A DNA stretch of 64,000 nucleotides from Patescibacteria group bacterium (GCA_041671325.1 JBAZBR010000003.1:132506-196505); one strand, 5' to 3'. Shown: positions 16,247-25,982, numbered from the stretch's first letter. Numbers and translations: made by a program. Notes: a model not told the origin generated them from the letters alone.

Positions 16247-17515
16247 ATGGCGAACCCATTTCTTGGCGCGATGACGCAGTTAGAACGCGCTTCAAAAATC
16301 ATCGATTTAGAACCGCATGTCTTGGATATCCTCAAAAGGCCAGTGCGGATTTTGGAAACCGGCATACCCGTGAAAATGGATGACGGTTCGACCAAAATTT
16401 TCCAGGCTTACCGCGTGCAATATAATGACGCCCGTGGGCCTTTTAAGGGCGGTATCCGTTTTCACCCCAATACTGATTTGGACGAAGTTAAAGCTTTGGC
16501 GTTTTGGATGACTATTAAATGCGCAGTAGTTAATATTCCTTTTGGCGGGGGTAAGGGCGGGATTACAGTTGAACCAAAGACTTTAAGCCAACGGGAACTT
16601 CAGAATCTTTCCCGAGGTTGGGTTAGAGCTTTTGCTAAATATTTAGGACCCAGAAAAGATGTGCCTGCCCCAGATGTTTACACCAACCCGATGATAATGG
16701 GTTGGATGGCTGATGAGTTTGGCCAAGTTTCCGGCGAATGGCAACCCGGCGCTTTTACGGGTAAGCCTTTGTCATTAGGAGGTTCCGAAGGTCGAACTGA
16801 AGCCACGGGTCAGGGTGGCTTTTTGGCAGTTGAAGCTTTGGTTAAAAAACTTGGTCTGGAAAAAAATAAAACTACTGTGGCTGTCCAAGGTTTTGGGAAT
16901 GTCGGTTTTTATATTGCGAAAAAACTACATGATGCAGGTTATAATATTGTAGCTTTATCTGATTCCAAAGGCGGCATCCAAGACAAGCGCAATCACGGCA
17001 TGGACCCGGAAAATATCATGAAATCCAAAAAAGAAAGGGGCATGATTGATGGCTGTTATTGCGCAGGTACGGTTTGCGATTGCGAAAATTACCAAAAAAT
17101 TTCCAATGAAGAATTGCTGGAAATGGAAGTTGACATTTTAATCCCGGCGGCCTTGGAAAATGTCATAACCAAAGAAAATGCTGGCAAGATAAAAGCTAAA
17201 GCAATTGTGGAAATGGCTAATGGCCCGACCACGCCTGAAGCTGATGAAATTTTAAATCAAAAAAATATTCCCGTAGTACCAGATGTCTTGGCTAATGCTG
17301 GCGGAGTGACAGTTTCCTATTTTGAATGGGTCCAGAACAATCTGGGCGAAGCCTGGACCGAAGAAACAGTCTTGAATAAGTTAAAGCCGATTATGGAAAA
17401 AAGTTTTGACGAAGTTTGGGATATGTCTGTTGAGAAAAAAATTAGTTTGCGGACCGCGGCTTTTGTCATAGCTTTGCGAAGGGTTGCCGAAGCGATTAAA
17501 GCTAGGGGGTTGTAA
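16247..17515 (+). CDS. gdhA: Glutamate dehydrogenase (Glu/Leu/Phe/Val dehydrogenase family)
   Basis: KGGIRFHP, FGGGKGG, and the NAD(P) fold GFGNVG. Confidence 0.9.
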   Translation: MANPFLGAMTQLERASKIIDLEPHVLDILKRPVRILETGIPVKMDDGSTKIFQAYRVQYNDARGPFKGGIRFHPNTDLDEVKALAFWMTIKCAVVNIPFGGGKGGITVEPKTLSQRELQNLSRGWVRAFAKYLGPRKDVPAPDVYTNPMIMGWMADEFGQVSGEWQPGAFTGKPLSLGGSEGRTEATGQGGFLAVEALVKKLGLEKNKTTVAVQGFGNVGFYIAKKLHDAGYNIVALSDSKGGIQDKRNHGMDPENIMKSKKERGMIDGCYCAGTVCDCENYQKISNEELLEMEVDILIPAALENVITKENAGKIKAKAIVEMANGPTTPEADEILNQKNIPVVPDVLANAGGVTVSYFEWVQNNLGEAWTEETVLNKLKPIMEKSFDEVWDMSVEKKISLRTAAFVIALRRVAEAIKARGL

Positions 17516-17520
17516 ATTCT

Positions 17521-17626
17521 CTGTCATTCTGAATCCCGCCATAAGGCGGGATGAAGAATCTTAATAAATATTAATCCCTATAAAGATCCTTCCTCCCTGC
17601 CCATAGGCAGGTCGTCAGGATGACAG
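17521..17626. repeat. Palindromic element (RPE/MITE-like), copy 1: termini CTGTCATTCTGA...TCAGGATGACAG, with internal hairpins ATCCCGCC-ataa-GGCGGGAT and CCTGCC-cata-GGCAGG
   Basis: Starts 6 nt after the gdh stop codon. Termini and the central GAAGAATCTTAATAA are shared with the copies at 45732, 50557 and 62704. Confidence 0.7.
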
Positions 17627-17710
17627 AAATAACGTCTTCAAAAAATTGACGCTTCTTTTGGATTAGTTTAGGCTAAGTTAAAATCGACCATTTAAAAAGG
17701 GGGAGAAGAA

Positions 17711-18268
17711 ATGTGGCGGCAAGTCTGGCGGCATGTTAATGTGCCAAACGCTTTTTCTTTTTTAAGAATGCTATTAGTAATCCCGATTTGGATTTTAAAC
17801 AGTCAGCAGACTTTTTTGGCCATTTTGTTCGCCTTTGTAGTTTATTTATTCGCTTTAGCCACTGACGCCCTTGACGGTTACACTGCCAGAAAAAGGAATT
17901 GCGTAACCGATGTGGGTAAACTACTGGATCCTTTGGCGGATAAGGTGTTGCACGTGGGGATCCTGCTCCAATTTCAAAGGTTTTACCCCCAGATCAATAT
18001 CCAATTTGCCCTAATCGTCATTTTGGCGGTAGTTCTGGCGGCTTTACCTGGTATGGTGGTTTTTTTCAAAGTAAAGAAGAAACTAGGCTCGAATATCTTT
18101 GGCCAAATCAAAATGTGTGTCGAAGGGGCTGCCGTTAGTTGCCTTTTTTTACGCCAGATGGATTGGGCTTGGTGGTTATTGTGGGGAGCCGTGTTAATGG
18201 CTGGTATCAGCATTCTGGGGCACTTGCTCATCAAGGACAAAAGTCCTGAAGCCAAAATCGCTAATTAA
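17711..18268 (+). CDS. pgsA: CDP-alcohol phosphatidyltransferase (PgsA-like)
   Basis: DALDGYTARKRNCVTDVGKLLDPLADKV (the D..DG..AR...G...D...D motif), with several TM helices. Confidence 0.75.
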   Translation: MWRQVWRHVNVPNAFSFLRMLLVIPIWILNSQQTFLAILFAFVVYLFALATDALDGYTARKRNCVTDVGKLLDPLADKVLHVGILLQFQRFYPQINIQFALIVILAVVLAALPGMVVFFKVKKKLGSNIFGQIKMCVEGAAVSCLFLRQMDWAWWLLWGAVLMAGISILGHLLIKDKSPEAKIAN

Positions 18269-18305
18269 AAACGACCGTTGGAAATTCCTGGCGGCCGTTT
18301 TTTTG
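18269..18305 (+). terminator. Terminator hairpin AAAACGACCG...CGGCCGTTTTTTT
   Basis: Stem plus a 7-T tract after pgsA. Confidence 0.55.
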
Positions 18306-18370
18306 TTGCAAAAGATTACTTTAGGCCTTAGAGTGAAAAGTGATAGAATGCGGATATATAATAGAAACTT

Positions 18371-21300
18371 ATGAAAAAGGGCGTAGAATTTAATATTCAT
18401 GAAAACTCACAAGAGGAAATTTTTTCCATTGAAGATAAGGCTCCAGAAAGAGAACTTAAAGGTTTTCGGAAATATTTTTTTGAAAGAGTAAGAACACCAG
18501 GCTTGGATCAAAATGTTACGTATACTGAGCAGGATTATGATATTGAGGAAACCAGAAGTGCGGATCAAATTACAATGGAGCGTGGTATCGCTGAAAAAAT
18601 AAGAGCGTCTGTTGATAATTTTTGTACAGAAAATGAGAGTGATTCGAAAGAATCACATGAGCAGACCAAAGAGAGGTGCCAAACAATCTTGGATGATCTC
18701 GTGGTTAATTATTGGAAAAGCCTTATGTCAACAGCTGGTAGGTCAGAATTTGAAGGATTGTTTAATAAAATGTTTGAAGCTGCCCCTAGTGAGGTAGAAA
18801 ATTATTTTAAGACTTTGGCTAGTGACGATAATGAAAGTAGTATTATTAAAACCAATCATTGGGTTGAAATCTTAAAAAATGTTTATTGGTCTGAGAAAGA
18901 AAAAGAGTGGCAGGATAATCACGGAGAGTCCGAACAGACCAATGATAAAGTTTATGAAAAAATTAAATTGTTGTTAAAAAATCTTGACGAAAAAAGCCAA
19001 GACAAATATTTTTTACATAATCGTTTGGCTAATATCTTAAAAGATATCGATACAGGCTTAAGTCCCATAGGAGATCGTCTACCTTTTGAAATCAATTTTG
19101 AGCATTACGCCATCTGGCTGGATAATGGCGGATTAGCAATTACCCCCATGATGGACGACGGTTCCATAGAAGATGATGTAAAGATGTACGAAGAATTTGA
19201 AGCATACTATTTACGTAAGTTATCAGAAATTTCTGACCCTGATGAAAAAAATGAATTTATTAGTCAGATGAACAATGATCTAAAAAAAGCAGAAGAATCA
19301 ATTAGAAGAAATTTTTATTTTGAAAAGATTGATCCTAAAACATTTGCTAATTCAATCGTGAGTAAAGGAAATTCAGAAGACAGCGTTACTAAGTTAGTTA
19401 ATTTTCGTTTTTTATATAATCGAGAAATTATCGGAGAGATTAGCAGGGATTTTCATATCGTTTTCGTTTATGAACCACCCGAGACGGTTTATCGTTTTTT
19501 AAATTTTGCTCAAAGCAAAACCCGCGAGGAATTACGTAGAGTCATGGATTTTTCTAGAATGTATAGTACCGACGGATTAAATTCTTTCTTATCAACCGAG
19601 CTTGATCCCGCTATGGGAGAAAGAATTTTGTCGATCGGAGAAAATCTACAGGATTCGCCGGAACTAGCAAATAAATTGTTTCGCGAGTATTCGATGGTTG
19701 CTCATCGTGCCACACAAACGGCTGGAGAAATCATCAAGTCATTTAGCTTGATATTTCCAGATAAACTAATAGAACAAAGCCAGGTAGTTGAGGCAATACT
19801 TATTAAGGCTAAAGATTTGCTTTTTCAGGTCAGCGAGGAAATCGGGACAAGTGATGACGAAGATAAGGAAGCGATTGTTAATCATGCAATTACTCAGTTA
19901 GAGAAACAGTTAGCAACTCAGAAAAAAGAAATTGGGGAGTTTGCGGAAATCGCTGGGCAGTTAAATGGGAAGTACCAGGAATTATTGAGTTCAGAGTTAG
20001 GCACAAAATTAGTAAATGATCTGGCAGAATTTCAAAAACACCTTCTGGATATGGAAGATACAGAGTTAAAACAACGTTTGCTGCAGGAACAAGAAATTTC
20101 AGGGAAGTTTTCAAGCGCCAGAATTGGTGAGATAATCGATCATTACCAAAGCGAGGTTGATTTTGAGCAAAGCAAGGAATTTCAAATCTTTAGAGGGCAA
20201 CTGTCTGTCGACCAACTTAGTGAATACATTGCTAAACAGAGGCAAAAGATTGAAACAACGTATAAACCCTTAATTCAAAAACTGGAAAAACTTTTGTCAT
20301 TTCAGGTTAATTTTGAAAAAAAGTTGGAACAAATTGTCATCGGCCACGAATCCGGAGTGCTGCCAAAAAATCTGTTAGAACGCTTGCCTGAAGAGGTCCA
20401 AGAAGTAAGACCGGAACGTCTGCCTGACAAAGAGCCGTTGTTTTTTCCTGTTGGCATTACCAAGGATCTGCCGGCAATGCAAGAGGTTTGGGCGGGTAAA
20501 AAAGAAACCGCCAAACCTATTGATATGTATGGCTATCTTTTTTGGCTCAACAATCAAGACCGGCCGGTTGAATTAGTCGTTTGCGACGAGATTCAAACCT
20601 CTAATTATCAAGCGCTGTACCCAGAATTATTAGCAGGCGGATCAGATGATCAGGCTCGCGAACAAGCGCGCCGTATTGGCAGGCAAGAAGTTGAACAATA
20701 TCAAAGAATTATTGAAACATTTGGTTTGTCAAACATAACCATTATTGATTATCACACCTTTAAGGAACGTAATGGTAATGCCATTGAAAAATATAAAGAG
20801 CTTTGTGAGCGGTTGGCGAAGAATGAAACTTGGAGAAACGCTTTTCTCTCAATGGTTCAGGAGTCGGTGTCTGGCGAAGAGCGGGAAAAATTTCTTGCTT
20901 ATGCCATTGAAGAGGTCAGCTGGATTTTGTCCAATGATGGCACCAAAGTTAGTCATGAAAATGAAACCCGCTATGATGCCATTGCCGCAATCATCAGGAA
21001 TATTGAAAATTACGGCCAGAAAAGACAGATAGATATTCTTGATCCAGAAAACGAAGCGCAATTTAATCAAGCTGCCTTAGCTGCCATAGCGGGGCTGCGT
21101 AATTTGATTAACGGGCGAAAGGATCGTGTCACGAAGGATTCTTCAGAGTACCGTTATTATCAAAGAATTGGTGAACATTTAGGAAAGATAAAACTTGGTC
21201 AGGTCGGCCAGCCTGATGATTTTGACGGGAAAACCATCGCGTTCAATTTCGCCATACCGTCGACCGGAGCGCAGAGTTTTGGCTGGCGCAGCCGCGGAGA

Positions 21301-21697
21301 GAAAGGATCCGAAAGCGTTCTAAAATTCAAGGAGCCGTATAGTACATATTTTTACCAGGGTGGGGCTGAACTTTTTCTTAACAGCGACCAGGTCGTAGCC
21401 GTTCCTGAAGGGCAGATAGCCGGAAAAATTTTAGCGCTTGATATCAATCAGCAGCAGGAATACGCGGAAAAAGTCGTGAAGCCAATCCTGGTCCACTATT
21501 TTAAAACTCTGGAAAATGCGCCAGCAGGATTTTTCAAGCTTATTGGCAAATCTCGAACAGAGCTTATAGCCGAATGCCAGTCCTCAGAAACCCTTATGGA
21601 TTTATTACAATTTGTTCAAAAAAATATTATTTCTCCCGTACAGCACAAGGAAACAAAACCAGTTGAATCTATTAGTTCGAAGCAGAAAGCGGCGTAA
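18371..21697 (+). CDS. Large acidic hypothetical protein (1108 aa), no recognisable domain
   Basis: Long intact ORF with E/D/K-rich coiled-coil-like segments. The 3' end overlaps the convergent TrmB paralog 3 by 26 nt. Confidence 0.7.
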   Translation: MKKGVEFNIHENSQEEIFSIEDKAPERELKGFRKYFFERVRTPGLDQNVTYTEQDYDIEETRSADQITMERGIAEKIRASVDNFCTENESDSKESHEQTKERCQTILDDLVVNYWKSLMSTAGRSEFEGLFNKMFEAAPSEVENYFKTLASDDNESSIIKTNHWVEILKNVYWSEKEKEWQDNHGESEQTNDKVYEKIKLLLKNLDEKSQDKYFLHNRLANILKDIDTGLSPIGDRLPFEINFEHYAIWLDNGGLAITPMMDDGSIEDDVKMYEEFEAYYLRKLSEISDPDEKNEFISQMNNDLKKAEESIRRNFYFEKIDPKTFANSIVSKGNSEDSVTKLVNFRFLYNREIIGEISRDFHIVFVYEPPETVYRFLNFAQSKTREELRRVMDFSRMYSTDGLNSFLSTELDPAMGERILSIGENLQDSPELANKLFREYSMVAHRATQTAGEIIKSFSLIFPDKLIEQSQVVEAILIKAKDLLFQVSEEIGTSDDEDKEAIVNHAITQLEKQLATQKKEIGEFAEIAGQLNGKYQELLSSELGTKLVNDLAEFQKHLLDMEDTELKQRLLQEQEISGKFSSARIGEIIDHYQSEVDFEQSKEFQIFRGQLSVDQLSEYIAKQRQKIETTYKPLIQKLEKLLSFQVNFEKKLEQIVIGHESGVLPKNLLERLPEEVQEVRPERLPDKEPLFFPVGITKDLPAMQEVWAGKKETAKPIDMYGYLFWLNNQDRPVELVVCDEIQTSNYQALYPELLAGGSDDQAREQARRIGRQEVEQYQRIIETFGLSNITIIDYHTFKERNGNAIEKYKELCERLAKNETWRNAFLSMVQESVSGEEREKFLAYAIEEVSWILSNDGTKVSHENETRYDAIAAIIRNIENYGQKRQIDILDPENEAQFNQAALAAIAGLRNLINGRKDRVTKDSSEYRYYQRIGEHLGKIKLGQVGQPDDFDGKTIAFNFAIPSTGAQSFGWRSRGEKGSESVLKFKEPYSTYFYQGGAELFLNSDQVVAVPEGQIAGKILALDINQQQEYAEKVVKPILVHYFKTLENAPAGFFKLIGKSRTELIAECQSSETLMDLLQFVQKNIISPVQHKETKPVESISSKQKAA

Positions 21698-22526
21698 TTT
21701 TTTTCATCTGTATTTTTAACCAGTCCGGCTGTTTGTCCTGGCAGTATTTGTTGCCTAACGCCCAACAAAAATTAAAGATTGAGGCCAGCATCGAATAAAT
21801 TTCGTTATTTTCCACGATAACACCAACGTGGTTTTTTTCGGAAAAGGTTACAAAGGACGCTTTGTTTTCGTAGATGTTTATTTCCGTGGCAAATGGGTAA
21901 AGCGTGTGATCGATAAAAATTATTTCCGTTAGTTCATTGGCTTGGTAGCCTTTCATGTAATCAAGTGCCTGGGCATTGTCAGGAATGATGACTTTTTCAA
22001 AAATCTGGAGTTTTTTTCTTTTAGGGGCGTAGTAATTCGTATTCCAGTCTTTAAGGTACTTTGCGTACCCAGCTACGTCAGAAAAAGTTAATAATTTTTT
22101 CTCCTTATTATCAATCAGCGTATCCTCAAGGACTTCTTTAATTCCATCCAAACCTTCAAAAAATCTAACACCCGGCTTGTTCATAGCCAATCGGTAAGCA
22201 GAAGCAATGCTATTAAAACTGGTTTTTAAAATGCGATCCTGCTGTTGGATTAATTTTTCCTGTTCTTCCAGGAGTATTTTAAACCGATCTGGAGGCTCCA
22301 CCATAAAGACTTTTTTGCCGCGTTCTTCGGTTTCCGTCACTAAGCCTTTGTGGGTTAAATCTTTCAGAATGTCATAGGTATTACCGCGCTTATAAGGCGT
22401 TTTAGGCAAGAGCTTGCCCATATTGACCTTGCCTAAAGAGAGCAGGGCTTCGTAAACCACGGCTTCTTTCTCTGAAAGGCCGATTTGGGTAAGAGTTTTA
22501 GCTAAAGAGGAGGCTATTTTTGGCAT
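21672..22526 (-). CDS. TrmB-family transcriptional regulator (paralog 3, 284 aa)
   Basis: IGLSEKEAVVYEALLSLGKVNMGKLLPKTPYKRGNTYDILKDLTHKGLV. Confidence 0.7.
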   Translation of the reverse strand: MPKIASSLAKTLTQIGLSEKEAVVYEALLSLGKVNMGKLLPKTPYKRGNTYDILKDLTHKGLVTETEERGKKVFMVEPPDRFKILLEEQEKLIQQQDRILKTSFNSIASAYRLAMNKPGVRFFEGLDGIKEVLEDTLIDNKEKKLLTFSDVAGYAKYLKDWNTNYYAPKRKKLQIFEKVIIPDNAQALDYMKGYQANELTEIIFIDHTLYPFATEINIYENKASFVTFSEKNHVGVIVENNEIYSMLASIFNFCWALGNKYCQDKQPDWLKIQMKKITPLSASN

Positions 22527-22747
22527 GTTTTTTAGAGTAAATTAAGCTTATTTGATGGGTTGAACCTGTGGATAACTTTATTTCAAACTAAAGATTAATT
22601 GACAAGAAAGCGTTATTACGTAATCAAGTTTAGCAAAAATAAAATATATTGTCAAATATATATGACATAATTATACATATAAATATTAATTATTTATGCT
22701 ATTAATATTAATAAATGACAAAATGATGTATTTTTTGGCACTATGAC

Positions 22748-22776
22748 TTGACAGTTTTTCAATATGGGTATATACT
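22748..22776 (+). promoter_or_regulatory. Consensus sigma70-type promoter TTGACA - 17 nt - TATACT
   Basis: Perfect -35 hexamer, 17-nt spacer, and a -10 of TATACT. Followed by ~500 nt with no ORF. Confidence 0.6.
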
Positions 22777-22789
22777 CCCTTGTTACGCT

Positions 22790-23290
22790 AGAAATGGTTA
22801 CCAAAGGAACTCCTGAACTTTGAAAAATGAATAGCGATAAATTCCACTCACCTTTAAAAAGCACTCGGGGTGAGCATGGAGAGAGCGCCTTCCCCCGCGT
22901 TTGCGGGGATGGCGAAAAGATAGCGAAAGCTATTTAGAGCTTGCTTATTAATTTATTATTCAAATGAATTTAAACCAATAAAAGGGACTCTCTCAAGTTT
23001 TTGAGCAGAGTCCCTTTTAATTTGGTAAATCTCCAGGGGTATAGAGAGGATCCGCCTTCGTCCCGCTTTACGCGGGACTTCGGCGGACAAAGAGAAGGAT
23101 TGAATAACCATAATAATCATTTACAGTCCTTATCTCTTCTCTAAACTCTTTTGAGAGAGAAAGAGTGAATAAATGTTCTTAAAAAACAAAATAAAAATTT
23201 GTTCTTAGTAATTGCTCTTTATTTGTTCTTTATATCAGCTGTTTGAAATTTTATTTCTGGAATTTTTGGAGAGAGAGATTGAAATAAGAT
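22790..23290 (+). ncRNA. Candidate non-coding RNA or long structured leader downstream of the consensus promoter; multiple perfect GC hairpins in AT-rich background
   Basis: Hairpins CCCCGC-gttt-GCGGGG, GGGACTCT...AGAGTCCC, GTCCCGC-tttac-GCGGGAC. No convincing ORF (the 103-aa and 76-aa ORFs are low-complexity). No match to the conserved motifs I checked by eye for tmRNA, RNase P or SRP RNA. Confidence 0.3.
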
Positions 23291-23450
23291 TTTGAACTTG
23301 ATTTGGCGAGTCGTAGTCGGGAATCCATAAGCTACGTTGAATGACGTGGCGCGGTTAACAAGATCACTAAACTCGCCCCAAGTGCGCGCCCTCATTACAT
23401 TTGTAGTGGGGGTTGCAGTTGGGAAACCAACAAAAAAAAGAAAAACAGCT

Positions 23451-23529
23451 CGAACCACAACGGTTCGGGTAGAAGATAAAACAAACCAAGTCCCATTTTG
23501 CTCAAAGCGAAGATGGGCGTGGAGGAACA
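23451..23529 (+). promoter_or_regulatory. Island module (a): palindrome CGAACC-acaac-GGTTCG + GGGTAGAAGATAAAAC + A-rich + AAGTCCCAT-hairpin-ATGGGCG + TGGAGGA RBS
   Basis: Conserved with modules at 24267, 26936 and 28547, with compensatory changes in both hairpins. Confidence 0.6.
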
Positions 23530-24159
23530 ATGAAAAATTTGAAATGGGTTCCTATTGTAATATGTAGGAGCCTAGAAATAATCTGTTGCATACCCTTATG
23601 GGTAGTGCAGCAGATAATAACCCGCCCCTTATTGGGGTGGAGAGTTCGTCGTACCGTCATTGACGGTAAGATTTCGTGTACGATGTCCAGAGGTTGTTGG
23701 GTTGAAAATCCAAACGGCCAGGACGTATATTCATTTGGTCCCCACGGAAACCCCGGGGACCAAATTCAACTCGTGTATCTTGGTGGATTGATTGGTTGGA
23801 GAATTTCTCCAACCAACCTCTCCACCTCCCCGAGGATGGAGCTGGAGGGAAGGAAGGGGTACCGTCGCGGCTACGAGGCCGCGATTACGGAATTACTGGG
23901 CAGCCTGACCGGCAGCTATTACCAGGAGGTAATAGGGCCGGGGGGATTTATAGAAGAGGGTCAGATGACCCTCAAGAATTTCTTGCAGGCCGGCTGGGCG
24001 TCGGCCTGCAATTACGACTATTCTTCCGAAAGCGCCTCTTTTAGAGGCGAGACGGAAGAATGCGTGGTAGAAGCCAACCACTATTCTGGTGGGTGGGATG
24101 ACGGGGTGATAAATATAGTCATCACCCATAAGGAGGCCATAAAGAAAGCCGCCGGCTAG
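23530..24159 (+). CDS. hypothetical protein (209 aa), GC-rich island ORF1
   Basis: ATG 5 nt after the GGAGGA of the conserved module. No known motif. Confidence 0.6.
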   Translation: MKNLKWVPIVICRSLEIICCIPLWVVQQIITRPLLGWRVRRTVIDGKISCTMSRGCWVENPNGQDVYSFGPHGNPGDQIQLVYLGGLIGWRISPTNLSTSPRMELEGRKGYRRGYEAAITELLGSLTGSYYQEVIGPGGFIEEGQMTLKNFLQAGWASACNYDYSSESASFRGETEECVVEANHYSGGWDDGVINIVITHKEAIKKAAG

Positions 24160-24178
24160 CACTGCCGTTCGGCTTCAT

Positions 24179-24226
24179 GAGGAAACAGGCGAGCTCGCAC
24201 GCTTGTCTGTTTCCTCTCTCAAATTT
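24179..24226 (+). terminator. Terminator GAGGAAACAG-loop-CTGTTTCCTC + TCTCAAATTT
   Basis: Perfect 10-bp stem. Confidence 0.65.
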
Positions 24227-24266
24227 AGCTTGTGGAAATTTTTACAGGCTGAAACATGGGAAAATA

Positions 24267-24357
24267 GCCCGGACCACAACAGTTCGGGCAAAAGATAAAA
24301 AACACAAAAAAACAAAGTCCCACATTGCATGATGTAATAGTGGGCGTGGAGGATGAG
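24267..24357 (+). promoter_or_regulatory. Island module (b): GCCCG-GACCACAACAGTT-CGGGC + AAAAGATAAAAAAC... AAAGTCCCAC-hairpin-GTGGGCG + TGGAGGA
   Basis: Homologous to module (a). Stem changes CCCAT/ATGGG -> CCCAC/GTGGG are compensatory. Confidence 0.6.
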
Positions 24358-24705
24358 ATGAAGCTAAATACACTTTTGGAAAGTCTCTCGTTACTTGGGG
24401 AATTATTTCCCCAAGGCCAGGACATCGTTGTTCTGTTGGGGGAGGCGTCCACATCCCTGCAACGGGATGTGGATATAGTTGAAATCTCGGTAGTCTCTCG
24501 GGAAGACTTTGGTAAATTCCAAAGTCTTCCCGCAAAGGAGTTTGGCACTGAGCCGTACACAGGCTCGGACGACTGTCAAACATGGACCCACTGCTTCAAA
24601 CGCGGTGGGTTCGTCCTAGTAGTTACAGGGTTCCATGCCGGCTTCGAAACCGGCGCGGACGAACAGAAGTGGGAGGGGGGTAGAATATATTACCTACCCC
24701 TTTGA
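24358..24705 (+). CDS. hypothetical protein (115 aa), island ORF2
   Basis: Start placed at the ATG 5 nt after GGAGGA, by analogy with the other modules. Confidence 0.55.
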   Translation: MKLNTLLESLSLLGELFPQGQDIVVLLGEASTSLQRDVDIVEISVVSREDFGKFQSLPAKEFGTEPYTGSDDCQTWTHCFKRGGFVLVVTGFHAGFETGADEQKWEGGRIYYLPL

Positions 24706-24722
24706 AAGTTCGGAGCACTTAG

Positions 24723-24762
24723 ACAGGATGCGTTATGCACATACGCATCCTGTCACTTTTTC
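24723..24762 (+). terminator. Terminator ACAGGATGCGT-tatgcacat-ACGCATCCTGT + CACTTTTTC
   Basis: Perfect 11-bp stem plus a T tract. Confidence 0.7.
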
Positions 24763-24819
24763 AGAATTCTTCAATTGTTGGAGATTTCTGAAGAAGAAAA
24801 CTGGTAGAAAGGAGGATTA

Positions 24820-25749
24820 ATGAACTATCGGTTTGGAATTCTTGATCCGCGGCAGATTCCGGCGGCGGAAGAAAACAATGCTAAGGTGCTCGGTCCGAGT
24901 ACCTTAGGGGTTGAAGTCACCGTGCCGGCACTTGCCACACGGTGCGGGCTGGGGAATATCGATCCCCAGCACTCTGACGGCCAGGTTGACTTGGCCGCCA
25001 TCGAAGTTGCTCTGACGGCAGAATTGCAGCCCGACGGAGCGACTTTGGTTACCAACCGCGCCGACTTGGATGCGGTTGGTACTATGGCGGTATTTTCGCT
25101 CCGCGCCAAAGGCGTCGAATTGACGCCGGAGACGCTTGAGCGGTTCCGCCTCATTGCCGAGGCGGACAAGTTCGCCCGCGGGGGTTGGTCTGGTCCGCGG
25201 CTGCTGCCGACCGTCGAACAGCTGTTCGACGATTCGATGGCGTCGGCCGATACCGACAGCCGGCTGGCGCCGATGTCAGCCGCGATCGGGGATTTTAAGA
25301 TCCCGATAGCGGATCGGGTCGCCTGGATGGAGCACTGGCTCCTGACAGGCGAGGAGCCGGACGGGTACCGCGATCGTTGGCTCGCGGAACGCCGGCAGAT
25401 CGCCGAGGCCATCGCCAACGGCTCGATGAAAGTCGAGCTGGCGGCTGACGGCCAAATTGCCACGGTGGTTAGCACCCACCGTGCAGCTACGACGCTGGGT
25501 TACTGCTTAGCGCCGGTGGTTATCGCCCTCAATCCGGAGTTCCGGGTGCAGGGCAGTGAGGCACACCCGAAATTTACGGTGTGCCAATTCCAGGTCGGCC
25601 ATGCCGATCTGGTCGCGGCGAAGAAAGATCTCGCCGCCAAAGAAACTGGGTGGGGCGGTAGTCCCACCATCATTGGATCTCCTCAAGGAGTCGGCAGTTC
25701 GCTGACCCTGGAGGAGGTTATTGAGGTGGTTGCACGCCATCTCAAATAG
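24820..25749 (+). CDS. hypothetical protein (309 aa), island ORF3
   Basis: RBS AAAGGAGGA. GC-rich, Ala/Leu-rich. No recognisable domain. Confidence 0.6.
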   Translation: MNYRFGILDPRQIPAAEENNAKVLGPSTLGVEVTVPALATRCGLGNIDPQHSDGQVDLAAIEVALTAELQPDGATLVTNRADLDAVGTMAVFSLRAKGVELTPETLERFRLIAEADKFARGGWSGPRLLPTVEQLFDDSMASADTDSRLAPMSAAIGDFKIPIADRVAWMEHWLLTGEEPDGYRDRWLAERRQIAEAIANGSMKVELAADGQIATVVSTHRAATTLGYCLAPVVIALNPEFRVQGSEAHPKFTVCQFQVGHADLVAAKKDLAAKETGWGGSPTIIGSPQGVGSSLTLEEVIEVVARHLK

Positions 25750-25758
25750 TATTTTTTT

Positions 25759-25796
25759 GGGGAGCCGTGTGTGTTTGCACAAACACGCGGCCCCCC
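25759..25796 (+). terminator. Terminator GGGGAGCCGTGTGTGTTTG-ca-CAAACACGCGGCCCCCC
   Basis: Long GC stem with a palindromic centre, followed by TCTTTATCC. Confidence 0.65.
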
Positions 25797-25893
25797 TCTT
25801 TATCCGAATTCATCATTACTACGAATTTGTACGAATTCGTAAAAACAAATGGTGGGTTCAGAAAAAGTAGCCATAAATATTTCTCTTCCCACA

Positions 25894-25982
25894 CCGGGTC
25901 AGATCCTTGCGTTGCATCATTACCTAATGGCGAAACGCAAGATTGCTCTTTCCAATCTGACCCGCTGTAGAGAGAGAAAAAA
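25894..25982 (+). ncRNA. Structured RNA element copy 1 (leader of ORF4): CCGGGTCAG [inner hairpin CTTGCGTT/AACGCAAG] CTGACCCG + CTGTAGAGAGAGAAAAAA
   Basis: Outer 8-9-bp stem and tail are conserved with 29538-29620. The inner stem differs in sequence but stays paired (covariation). Confidence 0.5.

Noticed and set aside
23219-23567. ORFs 23219..23530 (-) and 23337..23567 (+) upstream of island ORF1
   Set aside because: They overlap the conserved promoter/leader module and each other. Translations are low-complexity. The region is better explained as non-coding regulatory or RNA sequence.
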